A DNA stretch of 64,000 nt from Octopus bimaculoides (GCF_001194135.2 NC_068984.1:28795793-28859792); one strand, 5' to 3'. Shown: positions 39,171 through 54,089, counted from the stretch's first letter. The notes: generated from the letters alone by a model not told the origin. Made by a program: numbers and translations.

Positions 39171-39929
39171 ATGGATCACAGTTGGATGCCCTTCCTAACA
39201 CAGTCCCCATGCTCTCTCGATCTTGCCTTTGATCTTTAGCTCTCCCTCCCTTACACATAAACATTCAGACTTATGGTCAGTTAAAATTGCACTAAAGGTT
39301 AAAACTCAGTGTGTATGTGTGCATGTGTGTGTGCATGTATGCATGTGTGTGTGCACATGCAATTATTTGTATATAAAGATGTATGTGTATATTAGTGGCA
39401 ACTTTAGTTTAACGATTCACTTACACAACTATATTAAAATTTTATTTGTCTTAACTGATATTTTACATTAATTCTAATAATCATATAATATTGGAAAACA
39501 TTACACAAACAAATTTTCAAAAATCAATTCATTAATAATGTATCGCTACCTAGGAAATTTAAATAATGAATACTTGTGAATCAAAACCAGTAAACTAGAC
39601 CTAGATTCATATATATAAAAATTATAGCATATTCTAATTAATTATGCCATAAGATCATTGCAGCAGAAATACAAAGTATACAGGCATAGAATTCAATCTT
39701 TAACAACATTACTTTCCTTTGCAGAATAACCAATAAGCAAAACATTGACAACTTTGAATTGAGTTACTAAAATTATACCAGGGAACAGAAAAATGAATTC
39801 TTAATTTATCTTATTACTAGTATGAAATGCAAGTCATAATCAACTGGGTGAGTCTGACCCATCTTAGCTAAACACATATACTGCAGTAAAATCTAATATT
39901 GCAACATATCGGGTAAGACCCAGAAAATT

Positions 39930-40085
39930 CAATTGGCATTTAATTTGTTGGCCCTCACCAAAATAAAGACTAAAAAAAAAAGTACAAAAGAAAAGATGAA
40001 AGACTGAGTCAACCTCAGTGGGATTTGAAATCAGAAGTAACTAAACTCTGTATAAGATTTTGCTTGTCACTATTCCAGTTCTGCC
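39930..40085 (-). mobile_element. Degraded Meta-like SINE copy
   Basis: AAAAGATGAAAGACTGAGTCAACCTCAGTGGGATTTGAA is the reverse complement of the core at about 28630-28660. Confidence 0.5.
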
Positions 40086-40146
40086 AATCCAACATACTAA
40101 ATTTACAATCAATAACTGCAAAATAAAAAGCACATATTATGCTTGT

Positions 40147-40375
40147 TTAACCCTTTCGTTATTAGCCCGGCTGAAACTGCCTCTGGCTCTGTAGTACAAA
40201 TGTCTTGTTTTCATAAGTTTTGAATTAAAATCTTCCACCAAATCTTAGTTGCAATTTATGTTCCTAACACTAGGTTAATGATAACAAAGTTATTTTAATA
40301 AATTCTTTGTTATATTTGAGATAATTGAAAGAAATACCGAACATCTCAAAATAAATACGATAACAAAAGGGTTAA
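40147..40375. mobile_element. piggyBac-type MITE with TTAA TSD
   Basis: TTAA-CCCTTTCGTTA ... TAACAAAAGGG-TTAA; 11-bp TIR with one mismatch; no coding capacity. Confidence 0.85.
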
Positions 40376-41128
40376 GCACATTTTCATCATTTAATGACCA
40401 TGTGTCATAGTGGCCTAAGTTGGATGGTTTGACAAGATCCAGCGGGTTCAAAGACTGCATTGTTGCTCCAAATTCTGCTTTGCCATGGTTTCTGCAGGTA
40501 GGTGTCATTCCTAACACAAAACACTTTTCACTGCGTGGTTTATTTTTGGGGAACTAGTACTAGTGGATTCACCATGTAGTTTGCAAGACTGAGATTATTT
40601 TCAAATGAGGGGAGCTCCAGCAGAGGAGGCATCTTTGTGCTACGTGATGAGAGATTGAAATAAAAGAGAGAGGCCTCAAGTAGAATGGAATTTTTCTGCA
40701 GAGGGGCAACATAGATACTCACATTATAGAAGTGAGAGTGGAAGTAACCATGGTGCACCTGAATAGAGATGAAAATAGCAGTGATGGCAGGATGGATCTT
40801 CAAGGCACAAGATAAGTAGCAGAGAAGACAGAAGAATAGAGAGTATGGATAGGCAGGGGTTATGAGAGTAAAACATAGTTAGTAATGAGGAATGGACCCA
40901 GGGGTGAGTATAATGAATAAACAAGTGTTGAGAGATAAATAAATGTAGTGGGGAAGATATGGAAGAGTAGGTGACAAGTGGTGGTTCAAGGGTGGATGCA
41001 GTCAATGGTGTATAAAAGGTGGGGGTTATCAATGATACATGTGGGGTGGGGAGAATAGAAGATGGCTGGCTATGCAAAAAATGGGATGGGGTGGAATCAT
41101 TAAAAGGATGAGAATAACAAGAGAATGA

Positions 41129-41164
41129 TGAGAGAGAGAGAGAGAGAGAGAGAGGAAGAGAGAG
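41129..41164. repeat. (GA)n microsatellite within a purine-rich tract
   Basis: Direct reading. Confidence 0.9.
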
Positions 41165-41499
41165 ATGATGCAGGTGTGGTGTACAAAGAAAGTAAGAGAT
41201 GTATGGTAGTAGAGAAGGAGAGATAATTTGGCGGCACAGATGGGTGATCAATATAAAACAAGAGAAAGAGGACAATATTAAGAATGAAGGATAGATATTA
41301 AACGGATAGGTTTCAGTTTGTGAGAAAGATAAGTGACATCAGGGAAAAGCTGGTATAGCAAGCAGTTCTGCCCACATTTAATTACAGCAAAAGAATATTG
41401 AAGTTAGAAAGATGATAAATGGTTAGAAAGATGATGGATGCCTTGAAGAAGAAATTGGGTGAGCAGCCCAGTTATGTATATATATGTAGATATTTTGCT

Positions 41500-42140
41500 T
41501 CCACTTTATGAGGTCCATGGTCTTGTGATCAGCCTTTATTGTTTCATCCATATCAGCACAATCTTCTTTCTTGCACATTACATCTAATTCCTCTTATGTC
41601 CAATCTTTCAATACTTTTGTACTTCTCCATTCATGCACACTTACGTTACACAGCCAACAGATCATGCTTGCATCATTTCTTTCTAACTCCCTTACATTCA
41701 AGACTCGTCTCTAATTATTATGCAGAATTGCAGTTCTAACACAAGTTTCATACAATCTTCCCCTCACTGTAAGGGGAAAGATCTTTGTTGCTAGTAGCAG
41801 TGGAAGTTCCCAGAACTTTTTCCATTTCTTTCTTAGCCTAGCTATTATACCTTCAGAGCAACCATCTTCCCAACTAATTGAGCATTGCAGGTAAAAATAA
41901 GAGCTGTTGATTACTTCTAGTGAGCCATCCCGGCATTTAAGACAATCTATTTCCAGTGTACTCCTTGTATGTACTGCTCTAGTGCATCCATCACATATGA
42001 CACTTACTTTTTCTGTTTGTCTGTCTTTGATTTCATTACACCTTTTGTGTGTCTTGGATGCAACATATAAGCTTGTACCTTATCCTTTTCTGCATGTCAA
42101 GCAAGGCCATTTCTCTGAAGATAACAGGGTCCTGCTTCCT
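41500..42140 (-). mobile_element. RTE LINE fragment: Cys-rich insert and RT C-terminal region
   Basis: Minus strand KWPCLTCRKG...THKRC...CDGC...GSLEVINSSYFY..ISWEDGCSEGIIAR..KKWKKFWEL, colinear with the RTE region just upstream of that at 420-545. Confidence 0.8.
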
Positions 42141-44846
42141 TACTAAAAACCTTAGTCTTTGCTAAGTTTATCTTGAATCCTCTTGATTCTAGGTTTGTAT
42201 CAATATATGCATAACTTACTTTTCATTAAGCAAAATGTCGATAGTAACTCAGACTTTGTTTTTAGTAAGCAAGGTATGTTAGATGAAAATATTTAATACT
42301 TATCTATAAACCACTTGATTAACATATTCTTCTCAATGTTTGGTGCGTATATAGTACCTGAACAACTACACTCTGGTATGAAATCATGAATTCATAAAAG
42401 AAAGTAGAACTAAATCAAATCAAAAATTAGATGTACTAATCTTTACAGTGTATTGTTAACTGAATACTAATCTTTAAACAGCTGGTACATGTGAATACAA
42501 ATAAAGCCATTGTTATTTTGGTATTTATTGATTACATAACATCAAGGCTTGTTGTTGTCTCTTTTAGAAATCTTATAGGAAAACAAAATGCATTGCTGAA
42601 TGTCATAGAAATACATTACATATAAGAATACATATGTTTGTTTGTATATGTAAAATATTATATAACAAATGCATTTCCATTTATGAAACTTGAAACTCTA
42701 AGCTAAGTGCAAAAATCAAAGCTATGTATATATTATATCTTTTGGAGAAAATGTTCTTCCTAAAATCAACAATATAACTTATAAATTTGCAGTAATGTTC
42801 ATCTATGCAGTTTGACTACATCAAACAAATATGCAATTTTACTATATAAACATACAGCTATGTAAACATTATAATACTACAATTAATATCTAAACTCTTA
42901 ATTCTTGAGAGGGTCATCAGTCCAATCCCTTAAGCACATAGCCAACATAAGGATTTCATCTTTGTGTTTCTTTTCATCCAACTGCTTTACATATTTTGTG
43001 ATAATATCTCTAATAAGAATTGATTAACAAAAAATAACTGCAGTCAATAAATACATTAATACAAATTCAATTTAGATGTCTTGGGATATTATAAGACCAA
43101 GAGATAAATGTGTCAAAGGAATATTAGCTTGTTATCTATACAAGATCAATAAAATATGTTCTGATGCTACATAAGGTGAAGAAGATAAATATCTTTAAAG
43201 ATCCTCAAAGTTCAAGTAGATTTCATATGGAAGTATCATCATAATTATCATCATCATCATCTGCAGATCATAGACTATATCACTATAAAATATTCATTTC
43301 ATTTCAAGAAACCACTGATAGTCATGATGGATACATTCAGAAAAATGGAAGTAAACTTAAGACTAATGCAATTATTTATACAGAAGTCACTAAGCTGTGC
43401 CATTAGGTTAATCGTTTTGGATCACATTAACTTTATAAACACCACTGATAATAGTCTATGTGAAAATAGTAAGACCACAACAGATAAATGATAACAAAGA
43501 AACAAAGATGTAGGTTAGAAGACATTAGTGGAGTAGAAAAAAAAAAACTGTAATAGCTGAATTTGCTACAAAGTGGAGAGTTTGTTTATTCAGTCACTTA
43601 GAAAATGAAAAATATATAAGTGTTTAGTAAATAGTATAGTGAATGCAGAATGGAGTATATCAATGGTACATGTCATTCAAGGAAACTTAGATATAACAAG
43701 ATCAAAAAAAGATTAGGTTAATACAGCTCGAGATTCAAATGCAAAGTAAAATGAATGCTGCAAAGTCAAAGTAACATTATTCTGGTAGGTTTAAAGTGAT
43801 TCAAGTGAAGCATATCACTGTCTCTTCGACTTTGCAAAGATGCAAAACAAAGTGAATGCCAGTATGAAATGAACTTAGAAATTGTGGCATCAGAAAATCA
43901 TTATGTATAAACTCAATTTTTCAACACTGTATCATATAAATATTAAACCAGAGAACAGTGTTTCTCGTTTGTTTTTAAGAGTAAATAAATGAGAAATGAA
44001 TTTTGAAATTTGGGCAATAATTTGAAGTGATTTTATTCAGTGATAGATGCTGGTGAAGCATAAATTTGTTAAACAACCTAAGGAAGAAGAAAGTTGTCAC
44101 ATAAATTCACCATTATTATTTCACATGAGCATTTGTAAAACACAATTACTGTAGATTAAGCTCATTTGCTTCAAATATACCTCAATTACTAATATTTTGA
44201 TATTTCTTCTTTTTTTCATTTGTTACTGACTTATAATCATTTCATAAAATAAAGGTATGTTATATCCCTGTATACTCACAATGCCCCCACCTCCACACAG
44301 ATAGAATATATACATGTATGCATGTGTATAACGACTGTGACTGATGTGTGGGTATACCATTTGAGATTTTCATCATGAGATGTGATGTGGTGGCTGGTGT
44401 TAGACTTCCTGATGCAGCTTTTTATTTCCAATAAGAATTTATTATTTGTTTGGGGGATTTATGTTCAATACATGTGTTTGTTTGTCTTTGTTTAGTTTCT
44501 TAGTGAGATGTTGTATGAGATGCTGACATGCCAAGACTACCCACCTGATTTCTACTTGTCTTCTGAAATATACTGTTTAGATTTTCTTATTTCATTTTGT
44601 TTATAAACTGCAGTACATATATAGGGGACCCAGGTATTATTAAATTCTGAAAAACTGAAACTGTCTTTTGATGGAAGTGAGTGATCATCTCAAAAATTAC
44701 ACAAGCGATTTTTTTCTTTTGATCAGTGAAGTCCTAGTTTGTAGTGATAGATTTGGTAAGTATGGAGAAATATGTAGGTATGTTGATATGGGTTGTTAAG
44801 GACATAATTAAAATTGAAATATCTGTTGTGTCATCATACACACACC

Positions 44847-44880
<34 letters not shown>

Positions 44881-47837
44881 CATATATATATACATATATA
44901 TATATATACACACACACACATCTGAAACCAGAATAAAACAGGAGAATTAGTTTATCTATTTATTGCCCAGGCAATTCTTATTCTAGCAGCTACGCTCTCA
45001 GAGCATCCACCTCCACTATAGACTTGGTTGTCTAGGTAGCAGAAGCTATCAACTACTTCTAGTTTTACCCCCTGCCATGTGATGGAATCTGTACATCTTT
45101 GGTGTTTATTGTCCCTGTGCATCTACCACACACAAAAACGACCTTCCCAGCTAACCTATCCTGCTCTTGGATATACACTCTGTAAGTTATTCAAATGAAT
45201 ATAATCCCCCTCCTCCCCAAAATAACAGATACTTAATTATGTCTAATACTTAATTGGAATTTGGATATACATGGATTGACATGGAGCTCTAAGCACTGGT
45301 TAATGATTATGCTTTCTCATTTGAAATAACAAATCTTATATACACATATATGTATATAAATGTATATGTATACACGTATACACAATATATATTATCATCA
45401 CCATCATCATCATGTTTTAATGTCCACTGTTCTACACTTGCATGGCTCAGATGAAATTTGTTAAGGTAGATTTTCCAAGTTCGGATGCTCTTCCTTTACC
45501 AACTCTCACCTGTTTCCAAGCAATGTAGTCCATCGAAACAACAGACAGGGCAGGCATAGTTATGCAGTAAGCTGAAATGAAAAACACTCTTTGAATGAGC
45601 TCACGCAATATGTCAAGACATGTCAAGAAGCTTGGACATGCTATCTGCTTTTGATTGTAAGGAAAAGACACCACCAATATTGTTGTTTACAATCAGAAAA
45701 ACACACGTGAAAATGAGTGGAAATACACAGCGAAATTTGTCAAGGTAGATCTTCTAAAGTCAGATGTTCTTTCTTTACCAACTCTCACCAGTTTCTATGC
45801 ATATACACATCACCATCATCATTTGAATGTTAATCTTTTCCCATTTGCATGGGTTACATGAAATTTTTTAATGCAGATTTCCCATTGCCTACTCTCACCT
45901 GTTTCCATACAAGGTAATATTTCTCCATGTACAGACATGTATGTATATATGGAAGAGTAGAAATGAATGACACTGCTTATACAACATTGAAGCTCCTTTA
46001 CAATCACCACACAATATCAAGACAGTGAGTCACAAACTGACACTTACAACCTCCATACATAACCATACATATACAAGGCTTTTTTTTTTTCAGTTTCTAT
46101 CTATCAAATTCACTCACAAGGCTTTTCATTCAGGCCAAGGCTATAGCAGCAGGCACTTGAACAAGGAATGATACAGTGGGATTGAACAAAGTACCAAGTT
46201 CACACAGCCATGCCTTTAGATATACTGCAAACTTTTACAGCCTCTCTTTACTAATTTCATTGAAAGTGTATTGGCTGACTTACAGCACTAGTACAGAATG
46301 CCAGCTGACAACATTTATGCAATGGGAAGGCACCCCTTATCATGTTTCTGAAACAAACTTCTTTACCATACAAAGTATTGAGGTTGGGTGGACAAATGAA
46401 TGGACAGACAGATAAATAAACACTCAGATAAAAGTTGGGTAGATAGACAGTGCAATAGAAAGATAAAAATTTTAGTGTATGAAGATATAAAATTTATCAA
46501 GTAAAATTACTGAGTTTATTATACAAACAATGATAGAAGCAGCATTATAATCTGGTTTACATGTAAAATGTGACCCTGGGCACATTTCTCTTGTCATTAT
46601 CAATAATGTGTGTGTGTGCGTGTGCGTGTGTGCGTGTGTGTGTGTGTGTGTGTGGAGCTTGTGATCACCAACTCACACATATTTCTTACACAACTATGCA
46701 TTTATATTCTTCACATGAGTTAAAATCTTTCTTCTGCTCTCTCCCTCTCTCTTTGTCTTTACCCTTCTTTCTCTTACAATGTTTGGTCGTCTTTCTCTCT
46801 GCTTCATTGTCTTTCTGATCTTCCCTCTTTTCCTCCTCTTCCAAGCCTTGCAATCTTTCCCTATCTACCTATCTATTTATCTAACTCTGTCTTTCTCTCA
46901 ATTTCTCTAATTCCCTACTCCACCCACTTCCTTTCTCAAAATGTAATTCTTCCTCATTTCCCATTTCTTGTCTGTTTTCATCTTTTTGAACTGGGTTTTC
47001 TTCTAGAGCACATTATTTTCTGTATCACTATCCACTATCTCACTTCCTTTTCTGTTCAATGGCTATTGTTTGAACAACTATGCAATTTCTTACTTTTTGG
47101 ATGGATGAATGGATGGATGGATGGATGGATGTGTGGATAGATGGATGAATAAACAGAGAAACAAATAAAAAAAGTCATAGAGACGCTAAATAGGAGAAGA
47201 TGTAAAAGTCAGAGTGAAATAGCATCAATATTTTACTGGAAGAAGAATAAAGTATAATAATAGGTCTGCTCTGTACACTACAAGAAGACAGCGCATGAGA
47301 AATTTTCCAACATTACAGTGAATATTGAAACCTAAAATCAATACCAACATCCTAATTACAGATGTGTCAAGGGAAATATTAAAAAAAAAATACAAAATTC
47401 AACAGCAAAAATAAAGACAACTTTACAATTTAAATAGGTAAATATAGAGTATTATGCAGTTAAACTACTTATTTTTAGTTTTATTTCATCATTGCAACGT
47501 AAGTGTGTGAGGTAGTTTATTTGGGAAACTTACTGAACTATAAATTGGTTTGCTAAAGTATCTTTAATACATGTGGATAGACGAGAAGATATAGTTGGTG
47601 AGACAATACAGGTGAACTGAAAGATAAATCTAAAAGAGATGAAGAGGAATATAACAGATAAAGATAGAAGCTGTGCACATGCACGTGCATGTGCACACAT
47701 ACATATTCAAATGCTACTGTTAGTCAACAAATGACAAATACTCAATACATGTTACAGAGTATATTGTTTCTTTAGCCTGAAGCCCTTTGCAGGTAATTCA
47801 AGTTTCTTACAACTACAATCTTCAGGTAAGAATCATC

Positions 47838-48020
47838 ATCATCATCATTTAATGTCAGTTTGCCACACTGGCATGTGGTCGATAGTTTGGCAGGAGATGG
47901 TAAATCACAAGACTGTGCCAAGTTTTACTGTTTGCTTTCAGCATGGTTTCTGAGGCTAAAAGCCCGTTCTAATGTCAACCATGTTACAGAGTGTACTAAT
48001 TGCTTTTTATGTAGCACCTG
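47838..48020 (-). mobile_element. Degraded RTE 3'-tail repeat
   Basis: (CAT)n followed by TTTAATGTCAGTTTGCCACACTGGCATG, the reverse complement of the 6133 family; similar fragments at 45405-45500 and 45730-45900. Confidence 0.55.
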
Positions 48021-48899
48021 CAACTTTGATGTCAACAAGTAATTTGCAAGACAACACTCCTCAACTGAGGTGGCTTTGTGCTAGGTGATGAGGGTCTAGA
48101 AAATGAATAGAGGAACAAAAATAGGTGTCTTGCAGTAAAAGAGATACATGGCTACTGAAAATGGAGAGAGAGAAGACGGTGATGGGGAGGGTACACTCAA
48201 GTTACAAAAAAGGTGTGTATTAGTGGAACCAAGGATTGGTTAGTGTGAGTGGGTGGGTAAGTTCACAAGATTGTGGAAGAGAAATGGGAGTTGGGAGGGA
48301 AGGAAGGAATGTAGTGAGTGGACATAAATAGGTGTTTGTGTTAGGAGGGTATATTGTGAAGAAGAGACAAAGCAGGGAGGTTTGTGAAGGTGTGAAAAAA
48401 AACAGAGAGATAGAGGGAAGAGGAATATAGTGAATGATGAATCTGAGTGGAGGAATAAGGGCGGTGTTAGGAAGCTGGGTTGTGGGGGGAAAGGTTTGTC
48501 AAGGATAGATTTTGTGCAGGGGCCTGGACATAAATGACATATCTTTATGGCTTCAATTTTCTTAGCTGAATGGGTCTTCTCAAGCAAATTGCCAAACATA
48601 GCAGTCCATTATCAACTTGTCAAACATCAAAAGTGATTTCAAATACGTTGATTGCAATTTTTATTGGCTGCATTTTTTTAATGTTGTTTTAATACATCAT
48701 TGTTTGTAGTTGTGATTTCATTTGCCAATTCATTGGTAGTTGTTGTCACCAGTCAGCTTCACACTTGTATATTAATTTTAATGTTTCTGTCAAAGCATTT
48801 TGAGGATTTAAGGAAAAATAATATAAAAATATAAAGTGAGCAATAATAAACAGCCACCCTTATGCAGATGTTTCTGAATCATGCTCCCTGTAGACAACA

Positions 48900-49560
48900 G
48901 AGGAATATTATATAATTATCAATAAAAGTTATGCTTATTCAAAGAAACAATGAGGTTATATCATATTGCTGACACAAGAATAAATTCACTTTAAGAAATG
49001 ATTTTAAATGCAAACAGGGTAAACACCAGAGGATGCAAAACTGAAGAAATAGTTGTGGAGACACAACACTGCCAACACCATTGAAATAACAAAATAATCC
49101 AAAAGAAAGAATGATATTTAGAGACATCAAATTTATAACAAGCATATTCTAAAACATCTTTAAAAACTTCAAACCTAATTAACAGTTTCAGAGAGAGAAT
49201 AAGAACTTTTACCAAAGCAGTATATTAATGATACAATCAGTAGGAAGATACAAAACAACTACTGAACCAACCAATGGATAAGTAATAAATAGATTTAAAA
49301 GGTTTAGGAAAATACAATGCAATTATGTAATATAAATGTTGAGAAAGAAAGAAAACTGAATGAGCCAATGGTAAACAATATAATAACTTCAGAACACCTG
49401 GGTATGAAAAACAATATAGAGATAAACAAGGGTGACACTGATCAATGACAAATACAACCCAATGAACCTGAATGAAAGGACAACACCCTTTAAGAACCCC
49501 ATAAGAAAGCAAAATTAGAAAAAAGTAAATGAATATGATAGGTTCAGGCAAAAGAATGAA
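48900..49560 (+). mobile_element. Possible Penelope-like ORF N-terminal relic
   Basis: A-rich interrupted frame with RGCKTEEIVVET and SFRERIRTF, loosely like the PLE N-terminus; weak. Confidence 0.2.
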
Positions 49561-50521
49561 CTACCGGTAGAGAATTATGAAAAGATCCAGAATATATACA
49601 AAAGGATTAAGGATATGTCAGCTTTGTACAATGGAGAAGCAGATATATTGGATAAGTTGAAGAACGTTGGCAACTGTTTTTTTTATTACTTTCCCACAGG
49701 TTGTCATATATGAGCCAATCAACTGGAAAATCTTACTTACACCAGCATAATACTTGCCTAAGACAACCCTTACCCACGTGTATACTGAGCATTCTCCACT
49801 AGAAATAAATACACACATAACACACATTGAAGATACACTCAGAATGATTTTAACATTTCCAAATCAGTCATCACAAAAATGAAGAATGACAAAAAAATAG
49901 AAAAAGGGAGAGAAACAACAAATTCTCTACTTGACAGACATAAGTACAAAAGCAATATAAACATGGCAATTCCTAGAAATTTACATGAAAAATTTAATAA
50001 TTATAACTCAACTGAGAAATAGGCAAATTATTCCCTGCTACCACTATTTCTTCCTATTTGTTATCCTTCCATGTTTTTTTTCACAAGTATATATACTTGT
50101 TGTACCCATCAAAATAGAAAGAGGTAAGTCTACATTTCAGATGAAGTGCGGATAGGCACACAGCCATGAAACTTAAGTTGTGTGTTTGTGCACACACATG
50201 TGCATGTGTGTACATATAATACACACAAACATTGGATTAGTTAAGTTTCAAATATCAAAGTAGGGAGCACTCAATATAATGAGTATTATTTTTTTACAAT
50301 TATAGAACACTTGTCAATCCATGTTAACATTTGTTTCAAAACTATTTGTATGCTAAAGTATATATCTAAAGACAATGACTCACTCTCACCATCAAGGTGT
50401 TTTGTCAATGTTCCTGTGAAAACACACATATGTGAAGAGAAATACCCAACTTAGAGCATTCTTGAAATTGATAATAACATTGATTTACAAGAGTTCCATA
50501 ATTATTACAGATATACATACA

Positions 50522-50557
<36 letters not shown>

Positions 50558-51786
50558 AATGCACATACTCACCATATAAATACAGAGACACACTAATACT
50601 TGTATACATAAATACAATTATCTATGGATGCACACACCTAACTATATAAATATATACATACACTCACACACATATACATATACACATGTATGCAAGTATA
50701 TGTAGATGTGTATATGTACACACACACTCATACAAGCCCATGTATATATGCTTTTACTGATTCAGTTATTGGACTACAGCCATAAACACATACTGATTGG
50801 TTGATTAAGCAATTGATGTCAGTGATTATATACTATAAATATGACAAGTTTGTTAGTATATTACCGTTATTTAATTAAACGTCTGTGTCCATTTAAAGAA
50901 TTATTCAGGACAGGAGTAATCTATATTTTGCCAGGTCAATTCATTAAAAAGAGAATGCAATTTTAACAAAATGGGGTAATATATTCTTCTATAGGATTAC
51001 CGCACAGACTTAAGACCAAATAAATTCTTACACTCTCTTTGTCTCTCACAGACAGTAAAATTGAATAATTAAGACCAGAGAATCATAAATATGGAAACTA
51101 CTTCAAAAGAGAGTTTTCAAAGACATATGCTTTGGGTAACATAATATTTTCTGGAAATATCCTCACACAGATGTAATAAACTGAGATTTTCTTAAAAGAA
51201 TTATTAACTTGACAAAATGAAAAGATTTGACAAGAGAAATTACACTTTGTTTTTGGTTGTGTGAGTGAATTATTCAAAAGATATATATTTTTATATACAT
51301 GAGAAGTTATGTTTAAACTGAAGAAGAGTGTACTTTAATTTTGGTTTTACTGGGGGAATATTACACTCTGTATCAAAGTCTGAAAGCTGTTAAATTTGCT
51401 CTTCTAAGGTTTGTGGCCAATTTGTAATAAAGCCATGTATCATAATACAAAATATTTATGCACAACACAGGATAAATCAGAATTACTACAGTAATTTTAG
51501 AAATCGTAAGCCTTATAGCATATCAATAAGTACATGAACATACTCATTCTATACTATTGAAATATGAAAAAAAAACAAAAAAAAAACACAAAAAAACTAA
51601 AGTGGATTTCCAAATGCACAATACAGCATAAATCAAAAGAATTTTTTTAATATTATATAAAAAATAAGCTTCATTGTTTGTTAAATCAGAATAAAAATAT
51701 AAGCACATTCGTTTGATACTATTAGCATGGAAAAAAAAATGAAGTTTCCTAACAGACTATTTCACAATTTGTTGATCTTTCCTCAG

Positions 51787-51831
51787 AGGATGTACCCATC
51801 TTTTCCCAATCAAATGGAATAATTAAGATTG
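51787..51831 (+). CDS. Candidate 45-nt phase 1-1 exon (EDVPIFSQSNGIIKI)
   Basis: Acceptor GATCTTTCCTCAG, donor TTG|GTGAGT, only one frame open. Confidence 0.2.
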
Positions 51832-54089
51832 GTGAGTCTTAAATATTGAAACCACTTAAAAATAAAAGCTTTCTATTCCTATAAACACAGTTTTGAGAGA
51901 TAAATATTTTGGCCAATATAATACTTGTCTATAGTTAAATACACTAAACGTAAGAATGTGAAATTTTCAAAAAATATTTACCAAGTTTATGAAAGCAGAA
52001 AAGTTAACTGTTGAAACTGAAGTGGGTTGTCTGTCTAGAGAATTATTCAAATAAAGATATATATTCCTCCAATATGTAAATATTTGACATACAAGAAGGG
52101 TATGATTTAACTTTGGTTTTGCTGAAGAAGTATCAGACTCAACATCAAAATCTAGAAGTTTTATCTGCATTTCAAGAACTCATGTCCAATAGTGATTATG
52201 ATCATGTAGCATAGTATGAAATATTTATGCCCAACACAATATAAATCAGAACTGGGGTAATTTTAGATATTATAAAACCTATTCACTCAACAGTACTGAA
52301 ATGGGGAAAATGAGGGGAGTCTTTTGCCAAAATATTTCATTGTTTGTTGACCACTCCTCAGAAAACATACCTATTTTCCTTCCTCAACGACAAGCAAGAA
52401 ATAACTGCTTTTAAGTAGTTACAAATTGCTGTAGTACATTAGTGCATAGCTTAATTTGCACACTTGTGTTTTTGACAGCTCATCATTAATGTGTTTACAT
52501 TCATTTTCTTACTTAACTTACAGTGAGACTTTGAAATATTAAAATTTACTTCAATTCTTCTGATTATGTTGTGCTGTGCATAAATAGCTAATGACAAACT
52601 ACAAAAAAAAAAAAAATACACAAAAGTGCAAATTGCACTATCCAGTCATGTTCTCACCTAATAAATGACTACTTTATAAGCAGCTGATCTATACAACTTA
52701 AGAGTTGACTTTAAGCTTAACCACAACTGAACAGAACTACCATACTTAAAATATGTGAAAGTTTTAAAATAATGTTGGATATTCTAAAAACTATTAATTC
52801 AAGCTGTCTAAAATTCAAGCTGGAAAATGTTACATAAAAATAACACAATGAGTAGCTCATTCATTATATCACCCATTAGAGTTAATATCAGTATATTCAT
52901 CACAGAACACATCTCCAAAGTGAAATATGTATCTTAAAATATTATGGACTGATCATTGCTATTATGGAAATAGTTATCAAACTTTACTTTGCTTTTGTAT
53001 CTGGTTTGCAAGCTTCTTTATGTGAATATGTGTGTTGAAACAATTTTTTTGTGGTTAGAAAGAGTCATTATGCCAATATTATTAACACATGCACTGGTTC
53101 AAGGACAAATAGTAAAGGAGCAGAATTGAACCAGTGTGTGTGTTAACAATATTGCATAATGACTCTCTTGAGACAACAAATTTATCAGAATTTATACTGA
53201 GGATATGGTTTCAGTTTCAGGCTTTACACTTATATTGTTGCTTAGTCAATTCTTAGCAGAAAATTTAATATGGAAATAATTGCAAAAATATATCCTTACC
53301 ATTAAAGCTATCAGAAATCACAAATCCGTCTGTAAAAGACAAAAATAAATATCGTTAAAAACATTATCTATGTTACATTACATATTAATTTTAAAACAAG
53401 TAGTAAGAATAATTTTTTTCTTAATTTTTATGGGTTGGGAAGGCAGGCATCATTGCCTCTCTTCTGTTGTTATTTTCTAGTTTGTATCAGTTTTTTATTT
53501 TCATTTCTTCAATAAACTAAGTCTTGCATTATTGTGCATGATGGATTGTTATCTCCCCCCGCTTTTTTTTTTTAGACAGCAAAGAACTGGTATGTTAGCA
53601 TTAAAGTAGGATAGGTAGATGTTAAATAACTTTAACAAATTTGAGCAAGTCAAACTTACATAAGTAAGATATAAGTAGTAGTGAACCCAAAACATATGAT
53701 TATATAATTTAAGCCTATCTGGTCTAGCACCAACAGGAATGTGATTGTTGTTAGATCACAAATCATTCAAGCAATCAGAAAGACCAACGAGATCCAAATA
53801 GTGACAAACCTATCATTGATGCAAAAAGCAGTAAATTTTTATCCTTTCACCCGCATGATTTTCACTAATAAAAGAAAAAGCTCAGATTTTTTGGCGTGGA
53901 ATCAAGTACCCTGATCTCCTAATATGCTGCAAACTCCTTATTTTTGTTCAAAAAAGGGGGAGGGGCCCCCATATCCAGGAATCATTGGGATCTTTTTTTT
54001 TCCCCTTTGGCTGAATTCCAGTGACCTCCTAATATGCTACAAAACTCCTTTGGGGAATCTGGAAAATGAAGTGGGGTGGGCAAGAAAGG

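Noticed and set aside
39170-39225. Plus-strand RTE endonuclease piece joined to an inverted RTE tail fragment as a twin-priming product
   Set aside because: The geometry is wrong for twin priming (the inverted part should lie 5' of the tail); more likely independent fragments.
40724-41275. 183-aa minus ORF, the longest in the track
   Set aside because: Pyrimidine-rich low-complexity strand with (CT)n gives a stop-poor Ser/Leu/Pro/His frame with no domain; the same applies to 48240-48599.
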